Shown piece by piece: positions 51,143 through 64,000 of a stretch of DNA of 64,000 nucleotides (position 1 is the stretch's first letter; each line of letters opens with the position of its first letter). The notes under the pieces were generated by a model. That model was not told the DNA's origin. It searched no databases and was given only the letters and a program-made list of their open reading frames with translations. Source of the DNA: Lingula anatina (lineage: Eukaryota; Animalia; Brachiopoda). The DNA is taken from the NCBI GenBank assembly GCA_051362555.1, contig CM120649.1, forward strand, positions 9,982,001-10,046,000. The letters run 5' to 3'. Position numbers and translations under genes: made by a program.

Positions 51143-54100
51143 GCTACAAAGTTGTATTTTGACATTGGAGGATACAAGGAAAAATGACATAGTTACTGTA
51201 GGTGCACAGGGAATAGGTGTAGTCTGTCTGTGACTTTAATTTGTTGATTTTGCATGCGAATGCGTACGCGCGCTCGAGAGAGGGTTTATTTAACGTTAGA
51301 TTGTGGTATTAAGCTAAAACGTAATTTCTTTGACTTTGTTAAAAAAGATGTCCTTTTTTAATGTGGTAGGAAACATGTTTTTAGAATGTGGCGTCAACTT
51401 ATAATGACCAGTTCGAAAGTAAGTTAGAAATAACAAGGTTTTGCAAATTATACCCTGTTGACTTTGACTTGCTGAATCAACCATGCCAAGAGACGTTCAT
51501 TAAAAACCTTTCAACGATATTCTTTAGTGAGATAAATGGTGATTTTATGGCCCACTGTACGTGCGAATTTACAGTGGTCAACGGCTTGTCACATCTAGCA
51601 CATTTCCATCAATTCTGTGGTTGTCGTCACAACCATGTTGAGACAGCCTAGACGTCAAAATATATCTCGTATGAAAGTTGTTTTTACGTATGGACCGAGC
51701 CCCCTATGCTAAAATATCCTTTCCCGGTGAAATAAAATACAATCACTTAAAATTTCATTTCTTTTATAAGATAAAATATAATGTTATTTGAGTGTTGTAA
51801 GTCGAATAATCGTGTGATATATGATACTAACTTATCAGTATAATGATTGACGTGTGTTTATATAACTGTCAATTTCATTCAGGTGTAGATAAGGTGAGCT
51901 GAAAACTTGGTTTTAATCTCTTTTTTAAACAGCTCTCAGAAGTTCATCATTTTTTTTCCAATAAACAAAGCTTAAGCTAAGTTATTTTCACCTCACCTGT
52001 GATAAAATAGACCGCACTACATGTAGTGTGTTTCACCAGCTAGTGATAATATGTACATGTTTTAAACTACGCAAATAAAGTGTTCCTTTGTATTTTTCCG
52101 CTCAAATTTATACTTCTGAGGGCCGTGGCTCTCTTCGACAGCTTTAGTTATCATCTGAGTGTTAATTAAAAAACTGCATGCTTAAAAGTTAACATTTTGA
52201 ATAAAATGCGTGCTCTATCAGGGAGCCAGTGCAACTGTTTTAAAATAGGTATGATATGGGTCTCCCTAGGTTAAAAGACGCGATGAATTTTTTTTGATTC
52301 ATTAATCGCATGGTACCAAATCGCCATTCGATTGGTGTATTTGCTAACAGTAGAGAATGCGCGCGAGCAAACACACACACACACACACACACACGCATTC
52401 ATGAAAGAATATGAACAAAGATGAGAAAATTGCATCAAAATATATTTTATTGTACAGAAAAAAAACATTAAAGCATCGTATATTCATAAATAATTCGCTG
52501 TTTATTTAATGTTCATAAAATTATAAATCTCAAAGAAAGAGCCGAGTTTCCCATTACAGCATTTCTGTTTACCTCCAGATGGCGCTATCGTAAGGTCTAG
52601 TTGGTCATACAGCAAAAACTGCTCAGATATTAAAATCAATGAACCATATTGAGTCATATGACGATAACCAGTGTCGTTTCAATAATGTCGTTTCAATTTG
52701 GGGTTGATAAGGATCTCAGGTTAATTTTCGTCTGGCATTTTTTAAAATATACTGAACACAAATTCCTCCAATGTATTTTTAATGATGTAAAGCACAAATG
52801 AAGTTCCATCTGTAAAATATTGGTGAGAGTTGAAAAGGAAAGGCGGCCACTTAAACCTGCCACCTCCCCCTACCATGAATGTAATGGGATGGACAGCCTG
52901 GAAGGAGACGTCACTTCCTCAGTGCTGAGTGGTCAGGATGTGAATCGAAGGCAGCCAAGATATTAAGTATACGAATATCGTAATTTCAGCCAAATTAATA
53001 TAAAGGTTTAAGAAATCAATGTTAGGTATTTGGTGATAAATTAATTGTGAATTATTTTTGAAAAGCTTAAGAGTGGTTTTGATCATTTCACAAAATTTCC
53101 CCCACGTACCATTTATTTTCTCCTTCACTTCGTCTCATCACGTCTCATAAAACAAAGGAAGACGCAGTTGCACTTCATGTTCAGTATTTTGAAATTCGTC
53201 GGTAGAAATAGTAGTGGCAGTGGAAGTTTACGCGAGAAATGGCCAAGGAGGGGAAAATGCTGTGAAATGACTTGTGAGGGTCTGTCTATTGACATGTTGA
53301 TATTTACACGTACATGTACCCGGTAGTGAGCGGTTGGTAGTAGAATTATAAAATTTGATATAGGTATAGTAGCAAATGTTCATTTCCGAAGTAAAGAACA
53401 TAATTCAAGTATTAAGGGGTTATAGCAGTGTACAGTAATACTTCAATTTCGAATATTGACAAGATTTCTTAAATTAATATATAATATTTCATTTTATTAA
53501 AATGTGTGAGCTAAATTAAAGTTGTATTAATTTCTGCGTGACATATTTTAATATCAACCTTTCAAGACAAAAGGGGTGAAAAATGCTCGAAATGCTGTTT
53601 GCAACGGATTTGAAAAGGCTTTGTCCAAAGGTGTCTTTTACGTGTTTTATTATTATTTTTTTCAATATAGCATCACGAATTTGAGGTCTTTTACGAATAA
53701 ATTGTGACATATTTAAAACATAATGATATATCAGAATGCATGTTCATCAGTTAAAAACTTGCTTTATTGAAATATGTTCTTTACTACTGAAATATGTTCT
53801 TTATTGAAATATGTTCTATACTATCGTAGTGTCAAGTTTGTCACACGTGACATGTAAAATAATATCATTTGTGGTATTCTTCAGCAAGACAGCAGGGGTG
53901 ACTTTCTAGTTTAGATGGGAATTAAGTACGCAAAAATACAAATTTTATGTCGGTTTAAAGTAAAATATTTTTCTATAATATCACCTAATTATCGAAATTG
54001 TTAATAAATTCTACTAGTCCGGTGTCGAATTCTTAATTTCTCTTTTTGTTGGCGTGAGTATATTCTTCAGTCTCATTCTCAAAATTGACTGAAATCTAGA

Positions 54101-57100
54101 ATGTATTGACTGACGCTCATTGCATGTCTTTCTTTTAATGTACAGATGAGAAAAAAGGATTATCGTCTCTTGAAATTTGCTGTCTTGTTGAGTAAGAGAA
54201 GTCATTTTACGAATCACGATCGATTATTTTGTGTCACAAGTGAAGTATGTAAAATTAAGAAATTTCCATTTGAGAAAAATTTCCATTTGAGAAATATCCC
54301 TTCTTGAAAAGCCGATTTCGTACATGTAAATACCCTTCATATGATGGAAAAGAAACTACTTTCGTGTTTTACTTATCTCTGAACGTAGTTCTTACATATG
54401 ACACGTTTTATCATGAAAAATAACTGACATTTTTGCCATTAATCTGTTGAACAAATACAGAATCTGGGTAAAGATGATGGGACCATTTATGTGAATGAAA
54501 ATTGTTTTATTTTCCAAATTTAACTTTTTTCGGCAATTCTCCTTAACCAGCATCTTTCCTTCTATTGACCAGATGATGCATAAATTAGGGATATTTTCTC
54601 GTATTTAGAACATTTTATGTTCAGAAGGTTGCAAAACATTTCTTACGAGATTTTTCAAATTATTTATTGATGTAGGAATTATGAGAAATATCGTGCTATG
54701 TTCCTTGGATTTTAACCCAGTCTTCATAAGTGAACATGTACATGTAGTTTGTTTTCTAAATAGTTTTTGTAGGAATTTTTTCAATTTCACATTCCTTTAA
54801 CAATCTAATGTTTATTATTCTCTCAACAGCTGGGTAAACGCTGAATATATTTTTACGTAGGGCTTTTAACATGTTATTTGCCAAACACGACGAAAGTGTT
54901 GAAATATTTTGTTTGAGTCATTAAGATCAAATAAACATAAGGCCATTAGTGTGGTAGATTGTTTATTTGTCAAGTCGAATAGATAAGAATGTTATATTTG
55001 TTACACCTTTCAGTGAGTTTAAATACAGATATCAATAATAATATTTCAGATACTCGAACCCTTTTAAACATGTAGTAATAAATAGACTAATGACAATGAT
55101 GTTTTACAAAAATATGTTTTATAAACAATTGAATACATAAAAGCAATCTGTATTTCTCTGAATAAAAATAGTTATTGAATATACAAAATGTCTTAGCGTT
55201 TTTACTGAATGGCTACGTGGCTCAGTGGTAGCCTGGGGTTGGGGTTCTATTCCTGGTTCTGGCACTTTGGAATTACAAAGGGGTGCAATCAAAATTTTTC
55301 TTCGGTTACTATAAGAAGAAAGTCTACCCGAGGAGGGTGGGTGGGAACACTTGGAGAAGTAGGTAACGCGCTTGCCTCTGAGACAGAAGGTCGCCAGTTC
55401 GATTCCTGGCGCTTCTAGGTCCCAACAAATTACCTTTTGCAAAAATAAACCCAAATAAACAACTTAAGCTACTACAAGGGATGATGAGAATGAGAAAAAA
55501 GCAAGTTGAGTCTTTGGCTCAATAGGTAAGGCGACAGACCAAGGAGCAGAAAAAAAGACTAACAAGATGTTAACCAAAGGTTCGAGTCGAGCTGAAGAAA
55601 AGAAAAGTCAGGAATGAGCCCGTGACATTTTGCACAGTTTACAACATTTATGTATGTTTATTATAACATATACAAGCAATTGCACCATACAGATGTTGGC
55701 AAAATCCGAACATAAAGTTTTGGCTCTACATAAAAAAAGTAATTTTCATAACGACAGCACAATTTGAGATGTAAATCAATCTTAAATACAATTATCTACA
55801 ACTAAATGTGTGGGAGATTCTATGCAGTTTGAAGTGTCGCTCAAGATCAATCGTTTTGGTTTTAAAAAAGAACATAAAATTTGTTGTTTTTTTTGCCCAG
55901 AGTTAAAAGAGAAAGTTGAAGATTCGACGTGATGTATTTAACAGCCATCGTTCAAAGTTGACATTGGAGTATTTGTCTTGTGACTGATCCAAAATTTTAC
56001 CAACGGACATTTTTATCCATAATTCAAAGGTGGCAACAGTATCGAAATTCAAACTGCATATGATCTCATGTAAGCGTTCCCCCCGCACGCGGGTACACAC
56101 TCATGACACCGCAACTTACTCTATGTCGCCATGCTGATGATCACAAAAAACAAACACCAGTCAAACATTATTCAATTCTGTAAATTTGAGAGTTTTTTTT
56201 CATAGATAAATAAATATGTACCTGATAATGTGCGTCATTTTTTCTTCTCTTAAAATAATATTTTTGGTGACACAATTTTGAGTGAACACTTAAATTTATG
56301 CGTCGTGCGAATCGAGACCAGCATGAAAACATGGTCAGTTTGCAACCTTATCCCAGTCATAGTCATTTTTAACAACAATATGCAAACAAAATTGAAAAGG
56401 TTCTACGAAAACTAGTTTACTTAAAATAACTAAGCACATTTACTCAGAAAATGCTAAAAAAACTCAACGGTCTCCGGTGTTCAGTGATCAAGAAACACTC
56501 AGCAAATATAGCCCAACAGCACTGCAAGACTGGCACCTAATCAGGCCTTTTATTCTTAATCTCCCCTTGATCCCGACCAAAATAAAGAGAAAGTACCAAG
56601 TACAATATCAATATTAAATAAAACACTGACCTTCAAATTTTGTGTAAATCTTTTACTTTAACCAATCAAAGTTTCATTTTTCTGAATTTTTTAGAATTTT
56701 TATTTTTGACATTTGATTAGACAAAAAAATTCACAAAAGAAAAAGTAAATTGGCAACTAACAGAAAATTCCGTGTTTTAGAGGATTCACAAAGTTCGTTT
56801 AATTACTAGGTAATCCCTATTACCCCCAAAACAGAGCTTTGCGGCAACTGTAGTTTTTGATACAGGTTTGATACGGATTTTTAAATTTTCAAGTTGTAAA
56901 AGATGCGATAAATGCCAGTCCTACATATATATTTTAATTGACAAAAGACGCAAAAGGAAACAATTTCTACTATTCACAGTTTCTCTTTGAGAGTATATCC
57001 GCCTTGTAATGAAGGTAAAAAGTTAATTTTCCTTCTTAAACAAGAAAAACTTTCGAAAAAAAAAAACTAAACCAACCCCTGGTTTGATTTTCTGAAAAGA

Positions 57101-59529
57101 CAAACATTTCTACCCCATCCCAGCAATAAAACTATGGGTCTATCACTGACACACTACTAGTATATCAAAACACCGGGAACCAGAGGAAGTTGATTCTTAC
57201 CATGCATCATAACCGTATTTTCACAATTTTAAAAAGACCCGTTTCAATACGTGTGGGCAATTCTGTAATAACTTGAGTACATTTTACGATTTCATTTTGC
57301 CGTTAATTCTTAAGTGTCATATTTGGATTGCAGCGTTTACAGTTTATTGTAGATTTACATCTCGTTCATTTTTTTTCCAATGAACCCACAATAAAACTCG
57401 GGCATTTTACGTAATGGAGTCACGACTTATTTTTTCTAAAGTTAGCTTCATTAAAATCAATGCATTTTCGATTGCATAACAAAGCGTCTTATTACATATT
57501 TGCCCACACATATAATTTTACAACCAAACATTAAACCGGTCGCACTAGCACAGTGCTCTATCTGCACATCACTTAATGATAATTTTGCAATTAATTTTAT
57601 TTTCATAGATCACTTAAGCAAGGGATTTTTTGTTTTAGGATAACTTCAAAAGTGTTGTTTCAGATTCGATTATTGGTGGGTATAAACAAAAAATATAAAT
57701 TACAATAAAAACATCGTGTGCTGATAGAGTGCTGTATTACAGCTTATTTACACATGAATAGTAATATACCAGAAACGTGCAGGGTTGACGCTTGGATTTA
57801 GTCCATTTTATTAGAAGTTTCACGAATAAACCACTCGTTACACGCTACACTTCATCTGATACACGTTTTGATGCAGAATATTACAACCCAAAGCAAACAT
57901 TACATTTCAAATCAAATGTCAACCCTGCAAGTTGACTATACGACAAACACAAGACAAAGTTGACATGGGTGCGGGCGCTGGCGAACACGAATCTGATGTC
58001 TTTGCTGGGAGTGCGTCCAATTTCATCGTAAGACGGTTGTTACGAGACACTGAAAGTAAATGAAAAATGAAATAAATTATACGAAATCCACATGCAAGAA
58101 ACCATATCTTATATTTTTTAAAGTGAAATATAATCTTTACACCGATCCATTACAGTTTGCATTAAGAGACATATAAATCATATTATAAGAATAGCTCTAT
58201 GCTAGGTAAATTGAACCTACACGTTCTATACAATGACACACTTTATAACGACATTATTACTATTGCATGCCCTGTACACACTTTTACAAGTCAACATACT
58301 AATCTTAATGTTTTTTCTATCTCTGCTAAGCCATGTCCTTCCACGAAGAGTATTTTCATGGAGACTGCATATTTACCCACATAGATAATTTTAGCATAAA
58401 AACAGAAAACAGGCCATACAATCACGCTGCTCTGCATACCAACTGTTACAAAAGATACCAGTGTTTGGACTTTATATATTTGCGGAATTAAAAGTAGATA
58501 AATGTAAACATTTGACAGAAAGCTTAGTTTTGATAATGATAATTCTGGATTTTGTAAATGCCGGGTCGGGGGTTACAATGCAGTCTCAAATTGTCTCGGT
58601 TCTGTAGGATAACATAAAACACTGGTCAATGACAAAATAATAATTTTACCAATTACTTTATTCCAATTCACCCACTTAAATAATTTCGTAATCCGAACGC
58701 TAGCATTTTAGCTCAATTTCTTTTAAAATCAGATACTTTGTTCAAGCATCTTATTTCAGATTGTATTATCAAGGATGGTATGAAATTCAAATCATGAAAA
58801 TTGAAGTCAACCAAGGAGTCTGTTATAACTCCTTGAGTCAACGGAGGTCGACAGTGCCTAGCAAATATACGTTTTCTTTCCTGGTCGCGGCTAGTTCTGT
58901 AGAAAACCAGTTTTTTTGTCAGTTAACTATAATAAACAGGATATATTTGTACATGCCACTATCGTAAGATGAACAAGGCAGCAAAGCTGTCAAATGTACA
59001 GACAAAAAACAGAAAATAAAGATGCAAAAAAAGGTCATTTTGTCAATTTTGATGCAATAATAAATAATGCTTATAATAGCACTGTCAGTCAACACTGAAT
59101 TTTAATCATGCACAACAGGTAACATGGTCAATAACAGGAGCAGACCCTGAGATATTTTCTGACAGTATTCCAAAGTATCTATGTTGATCCATCCTCCATT
59201 TTGATGGTCTTCCAACAGAAAAAAATAGATACCAGTCAATATAAACTTAATAACCTGTCTTCAAGAAGACCCAGAAGATGGTCTCAATCCACCCCTTCAA
59301 TAAGATTACAATTTCAGGACCATGAGAGACTATAGTCACATGATGAAAGTATCAATATTTGAAAAATGATGACAGTGCATAAAATAATTTTATATAATGT
59401 TTAAAGACATAAAAAACAATACAATTGCTTATGTGGAAATACAGAAAATGTGCAGAGCCTCGAGCTGATGAGAGTTAAAAGTCACAAATGCAAGTGTTTG
59501 AGAAAAAATTGTAAAGGAAAACATAACAA

Positions 59530-59764
59530 AACTAGAAAACCACCGAGAGTGCAGACCTCTGCCAAGGCAGCAATTGTTGATTATTGTTGATTATTGATTG
59601 ATTATTGAGCCAGACCACCACTAAAAACTAATCATTGTCCTCTTTGGCCCAATTCTGACAGTTCCGGAAAATTTCAGCAAAATCGGTCCATAACTTTTTG
59701 AGTTATGTTGATGACAGACAAACAGGAGTGAAAATATAACCTCCTAGGCAGAGCCTGAGGTAAA
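59530..59764 (-). mobile_element. Short Helentron-type element nested inside the large HINE
   Basis: AACTAGAAAAC..GAGAGTGCAGACCTCTGCCAAGG at the left and GTGAAAATATAACCTCCTAGGCAGAG at the right; reverse complement of the 5829 family. Confidence 0.75.
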
Positions 59765-59805
59765 TATAATTTCAATGAAGCTGCTATTCAAACTTTTAAT
59801 CTTTG

Positions 59806-59807
<2 letters not shown>

Positions 59808-59860
<53 letters not shown>
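59808..59860. repeat. (TA)n microsatellite
   Basis: Direct reading of the sequence. Confidence 0.95.
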
Positions 59861-59863
<3 letters not shown>

Positions 59864-62800
59864 CTGCATAATTATCACTGCTTCCTTATTATTAATCTAG
59901 CAGAGAGCTTAACTTTTGGGAGTTTACGGCTTCATGTCCATGGGAGCTCCGAGTCCCACAATGAATATGCCAAAAAGATAATGAATATTTCACTCAAATG
60001 TATAACTTCCAGAAAAAGAAGCCAATTAGACTGCTTTTCCAACTCATTCTGCATTTTAGTCCTGTGTTTCTTTTTTAAAGGTTTGACAGTCATAACACGG
60101 TTTTCCCATAATGCTCATCATAGCAGCAATACCAAAAATTGTGTTTTCTTCTATTTTGATGCAATATTACATAATGCTTAACAGCATAATGACCATCAAT
60201 TTTTAATAATAGAATATTGGTAACATGGACATTCAGAAAACGTGACAAGCAAAGGTCTTCAGGATCATGGAACTTCAAAGTCACACCTTGAAAATGCCAA
60301 TAAGTGAAAAATTAAATTTTCACAAAAAACTGTTTAACTGCCAGAAAAAATTACCAAACAGACTGCATTGCCAACTGAAGCTGTATTTTAGACCCATGTT
60401 TCTTTCCTGTAAGTTTGAGAACGGTAATTGACATGATTTTTGTTAAACGGTCATTATGAGAGCAGTGCCCAAAATAGGGGTTTCTTCAAATTTTGATGCA
60501 ATATTACATAATGTTTAACAACATAATGACCATCAATTTTTAATAATGGAATATTAGTCACATGAGCATTCAGAAAACGTGACTAGCAAAGGTCTGCAGG
60601 CTCATGGAACTTCAAAGTCACACCTTGAAAATGCCAATATGTGAAAAATTAAATTTTCACAAAAAACTGTTTAACTGCCAGAAAAAATTACCAAACAGAC
60701 TGCATTGCCTACTGAAGCTGTATTTTAGCCCCATGTTTCTTTCCTGTAAGTTTGAAAACAGTAAGTGACATGTTTTTTCTTAAATGGTTATCATGGGAGC
60801 AGTGCCCAAAATAGGGGTTTCTTCTTAAATTTTGATGCAATATTACATAATGTTTAACAGCATAATGACCATCAATTTTTAATCATAAAATATTAGTATC
60901 ATGGATATTCAGAAAATGTGATTAGCAAAGGTCTGCAGGCTCATGAAACTTCAAAGTCACATCTTAAAAATGCCAAAATGTAAACAAGACAGCACTGTTC
61001 TGCAATGGGTTTATTTCCATTTTTAACATTTTTTTAACATAAAACAAAATAAACAGTTTGTTGCCATTTTTATATGACCAACTAAGAAAATTGATGAGAT
61101 GGGAAAAATATCAATAGAACAGTGTTTAATGTCCAATTTCCTCCATTCTGAGATTCTGAACATAGTGGATGATTGAATCTGACAAACTGCAATGATATGA
61201 GTTTATTACCATTTTTGACACTTTATTACACAATACACGATGACAAGTTTACCATCATTTTTACACAATCAATTAACAATGTTGTAAAGATGCAGGAAAT
61301 ATCAAACAAACACTTTTACGTATCTTATTAGTTAAATAATGAGACTGTTAACATGCCTAATAATTGAATCTGAGGAAATGTGAAAAAACTTCTTAAATAA
61401 AGGCCCGATCATGCTGATTTTCGAACTTGACCTGCGTATTATGAATATCCATCAGTTCTGTTAGTTTCAAGCCAAAAGGTAAAATGTTATTTCACTTATC
61501 GTGTTATCCGTGTTGCATATATGCTGAGAAAAGTGAAAAAACAGCGTAACTTCCCTAAAATTGACCCGATCATGCTGATTTTCGAACTTGACCTGCGGAT
61601 TATGAATATTCATCAGTTTTGTAAGTTTCAAGCCAAAAAGTAAAATGGTTTTCCACTTATCGTGTTATCGGTGCTGCATATATGCTGAAAAAAGTGAAAA
61701 AACAGCATAACTTCCCTAAAAATGGCCCGATCATGCTTATTTTCGAACTTGACCTGTGTATTAGGAATATTCACCAGTTCTGTAAGTTTCAAGCCAAAAG
61801 CAAAAACGGTGTTCCACTTATCGTGTTATCGGTAAAAGTGCACGACGGCGACGACGGCGACGACAGACGCAGATGATGGCTATATGTACAGACACATCTG
61901 TGTCTGTACATAAAAAGGCACCCATTGGGAGCTGAGAATGTACCGGTAGTTACCTAGCTGCTTTGTCGTCTTGCTTTGTTTAAGACGGAATAACAAGTTC
62001 AGACCTTTGGACGGCTGGAATAATCTTCTCACTTCCCTATGAGCAAATGCTTTCCTTCTGGAAAAACCAACATAAGAAGTTATTTAACTTTTCAAGCTCA
62101 TTTCGGCATTCATGTCAATAAAATATATCCGAGATTCATTACGACTGAAGTGGGATATGTAAACTTTTTGATAAAATATCGTCATTATAAAACGATCAGT
62201 GTTGCCTTATAACATCTACATGTATACAGTACTTACAACAAACTACATCAGTGCCAAAATATCAGTCTACGCGTGGAAAGTGTGACAATGTGGCATGTGA
62301 GGCTTCTTCCTCTTCCTATTGACCTTGGTCCTATCTGAATACCTCTCACCAAAATGCTCACCTGGTTACATAATATAGTATCACTGTCGTGGGATTGTGT
62401 TAGAGAAGACACGATGCATTTTTCCCTAGTCTAAAAACGTTATCATCAGGTTATTGTACAAACAAGCCTTTTTGTTTTGTCCATAGACCTTCATCCCAAA
62501 TGAATGAGGTTATTATTATTATTATTAACGAAGCCCAATTAAACCATGTTGTCGCCTATTGCTCTAGCACTGTAAATATCTAACACTAGAGTTGTGGTGA
62601 ATAAGGTTTGTACATGTATATCTAACATTTTATTTTTATGCAGCAGTACATACGGACCCAAATGTGCTCCATAAGAAAAAAAAATAAATCTCATAAGAGT
62701 TAGTTTACTGAGTTCTGCAAACGAGACCCGTTATGTGTTACATTGTTTTAAGATTAGTAGAACTACAAGGCCCAAAACTATAGACCTCATCAAACTTTGC

Positions 62801-63806
62801 ACTCTGAACTTGATTGAGAATGATTATCAAAACGAAATGAATAGAATACCTAGGAGGCAGAATAATAGTGAGGAGTGGGGATAACCATGCAGAAAAAATA
62901 ATAAATAAAAATAACGAAGGGGTGGGGGGTCCAAAACACCGAACCACACAACAAGGGGGCAAGGGTCACCTTCGCATCGGAGACCTGTCATTCTAAAAAA
63001 AATGGACCCACCTCTAAATAATCCTGGATCCGCCCCTAATTGTGACACCAGTGAAGTGTATCACCATGTTTGTGTATCAAACTGTATGGATACCAAGTTT
63101 ATATGCGGATTTCTCTTTTTTCATCATCCATTACAACATCCAGATATTTTTCTTTTTAAATAAATTTTATTACTTGAAGGTTCTCAGATAAAGCGCCTTC
63201 TCAAGTTCGCTATACCCGTTTTGTTAAAAGCCGCTACTAACGCGTTTTGGAAAGTGCTAACTTTTAGGGGATTTCTGTTTTTACCATAAATCTCCAAATC
63301 CCTTTTCAAATTAGAGCTTCATGATTTCAGCTTGTTTTTGCTTTGAATTGAAAGCGATTTCTTATATTTAATCCACCTACATGTATATGGATACACGTTT
63401 AAAAAGAGTCCTGTCATTCAATGACTTACACCAAAATTTCGTTATTTGCATTTTTACCTTTCTATATAAGGAGTTGTTCCAGTTTCTCCTCCAAATTCGT
63501 GGTTTGATATTTTAGAATGGAAACCCAAAAGTTGTTAACAGAAGTTCTCCAAAGAGTCTTTTCGGAAAAAAAAGTGTTTTTTTTCTTTTAAGATGCATTA
63601 CAAGCGAGAAAGTCGCTCTGTACATCCCGTGTAAGGCAGTTAATTTGTACACGCTTCCTCTTGTTTATAACGTACTTGTATAATGACCATATTTTCCGTT
63701 TTCTACTCAAAGCAAAGGGGGTGGTATGCTAGTCTCGCGCTCTAATTGCATTCAGTGAGCCCCCCCCCCCCCCCCCCATTTTGATCTACTGTATCTGGAC
63801 AGATAA

Positions 63807-63970
63807 AGCGCATTCAGAACAGCGGACTAACAGATCCACGGATCAAATATGGCTGACCCACTTGGATGCTTGTTGCATAATCCCCAGGGGCTCTGTTCAG
63901 TGTGTAAGCTTGTTAGTGGGTCGTCATATTTGATTTGCAGATCTGTTTGTTCTCTGTTCTGAATGTGCTC
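63807..63970. mobile_element. Palindromic MITE, Harbinger-like
   Basis: ~55-bp imperfect inverted arms AGCGCATTCAGAACAG..GACCCACT / AGTGGGTC..CTGTTCTGAATGTGCTC, with TAA/TTA flanks. Confidence 0.7.
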
Positions 63971-64000
63971 TTATTTTCATTGGGATTGAGCTCTTAGACC

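Larger units (their letters stand above)
58973..61912 (-). mobile_element. HINE of the same family (~2.9 kb)
   Basis: Same termini as 17048-27897, with internal ~337-bp and ~160-bp repeats. The empty site AAGATGAAAAAGGCACC is at 4456-4472 in the paralogous block. Confidence 0.87.
54918..63635 (+). repeat. Older segmental duplication, right copy, expanded by the HINE and a ~0.9-kb insert (62640-63570)
   Basis: Paralogous to 281-5240. Alignment resumes exactly after the HINE at 61913 and again near 63572. Confidence 0.9.

Overview
AT-rich, repeat-dense eukaryotic DNA. The repeat families suggest a marine invertebrate, probably a mollusc (inference). (1) A ten-exon, ~265-aa gene that the ORF track misses: N-terminal CBM20 starch/glycogen-binding domain, a linker built from five symmetric phase-1 micro-exons, and a basic amphipathic Cys-containing C-terminal segment. 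It occurs twice (16190-30471 and 39828-46125) within a recent tandem duplication whose junction (31634) enters a 195-bp satellite, and the five coding differences I found are all synonymous. (2) A full-length L1/Tx1-clade LINE (21422-27080, 9-bp TSD, ORF2 with one frameshift and one stop) that carries canonical splice donors at its 5' end and a TACTAAC/poly-T/TAG acceptor one base before the ORF2 ATG. It is nested in (3) one of three large non-autonomous Helentron-type (HINE) insertions, each with an empty site visible elsewhere in the window. (4) Also present: a decayed Ulp1-protease+PHD ORF head-to-head with each gene copy, 195-bp higher-order satellite and 62-bp minisatellite arrays, several MITEs, and an older duplication (about 280-5240 vs 54918-63635) containing exon-like and tRNA-like remnants. 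All calls were made by eye, without database searches.
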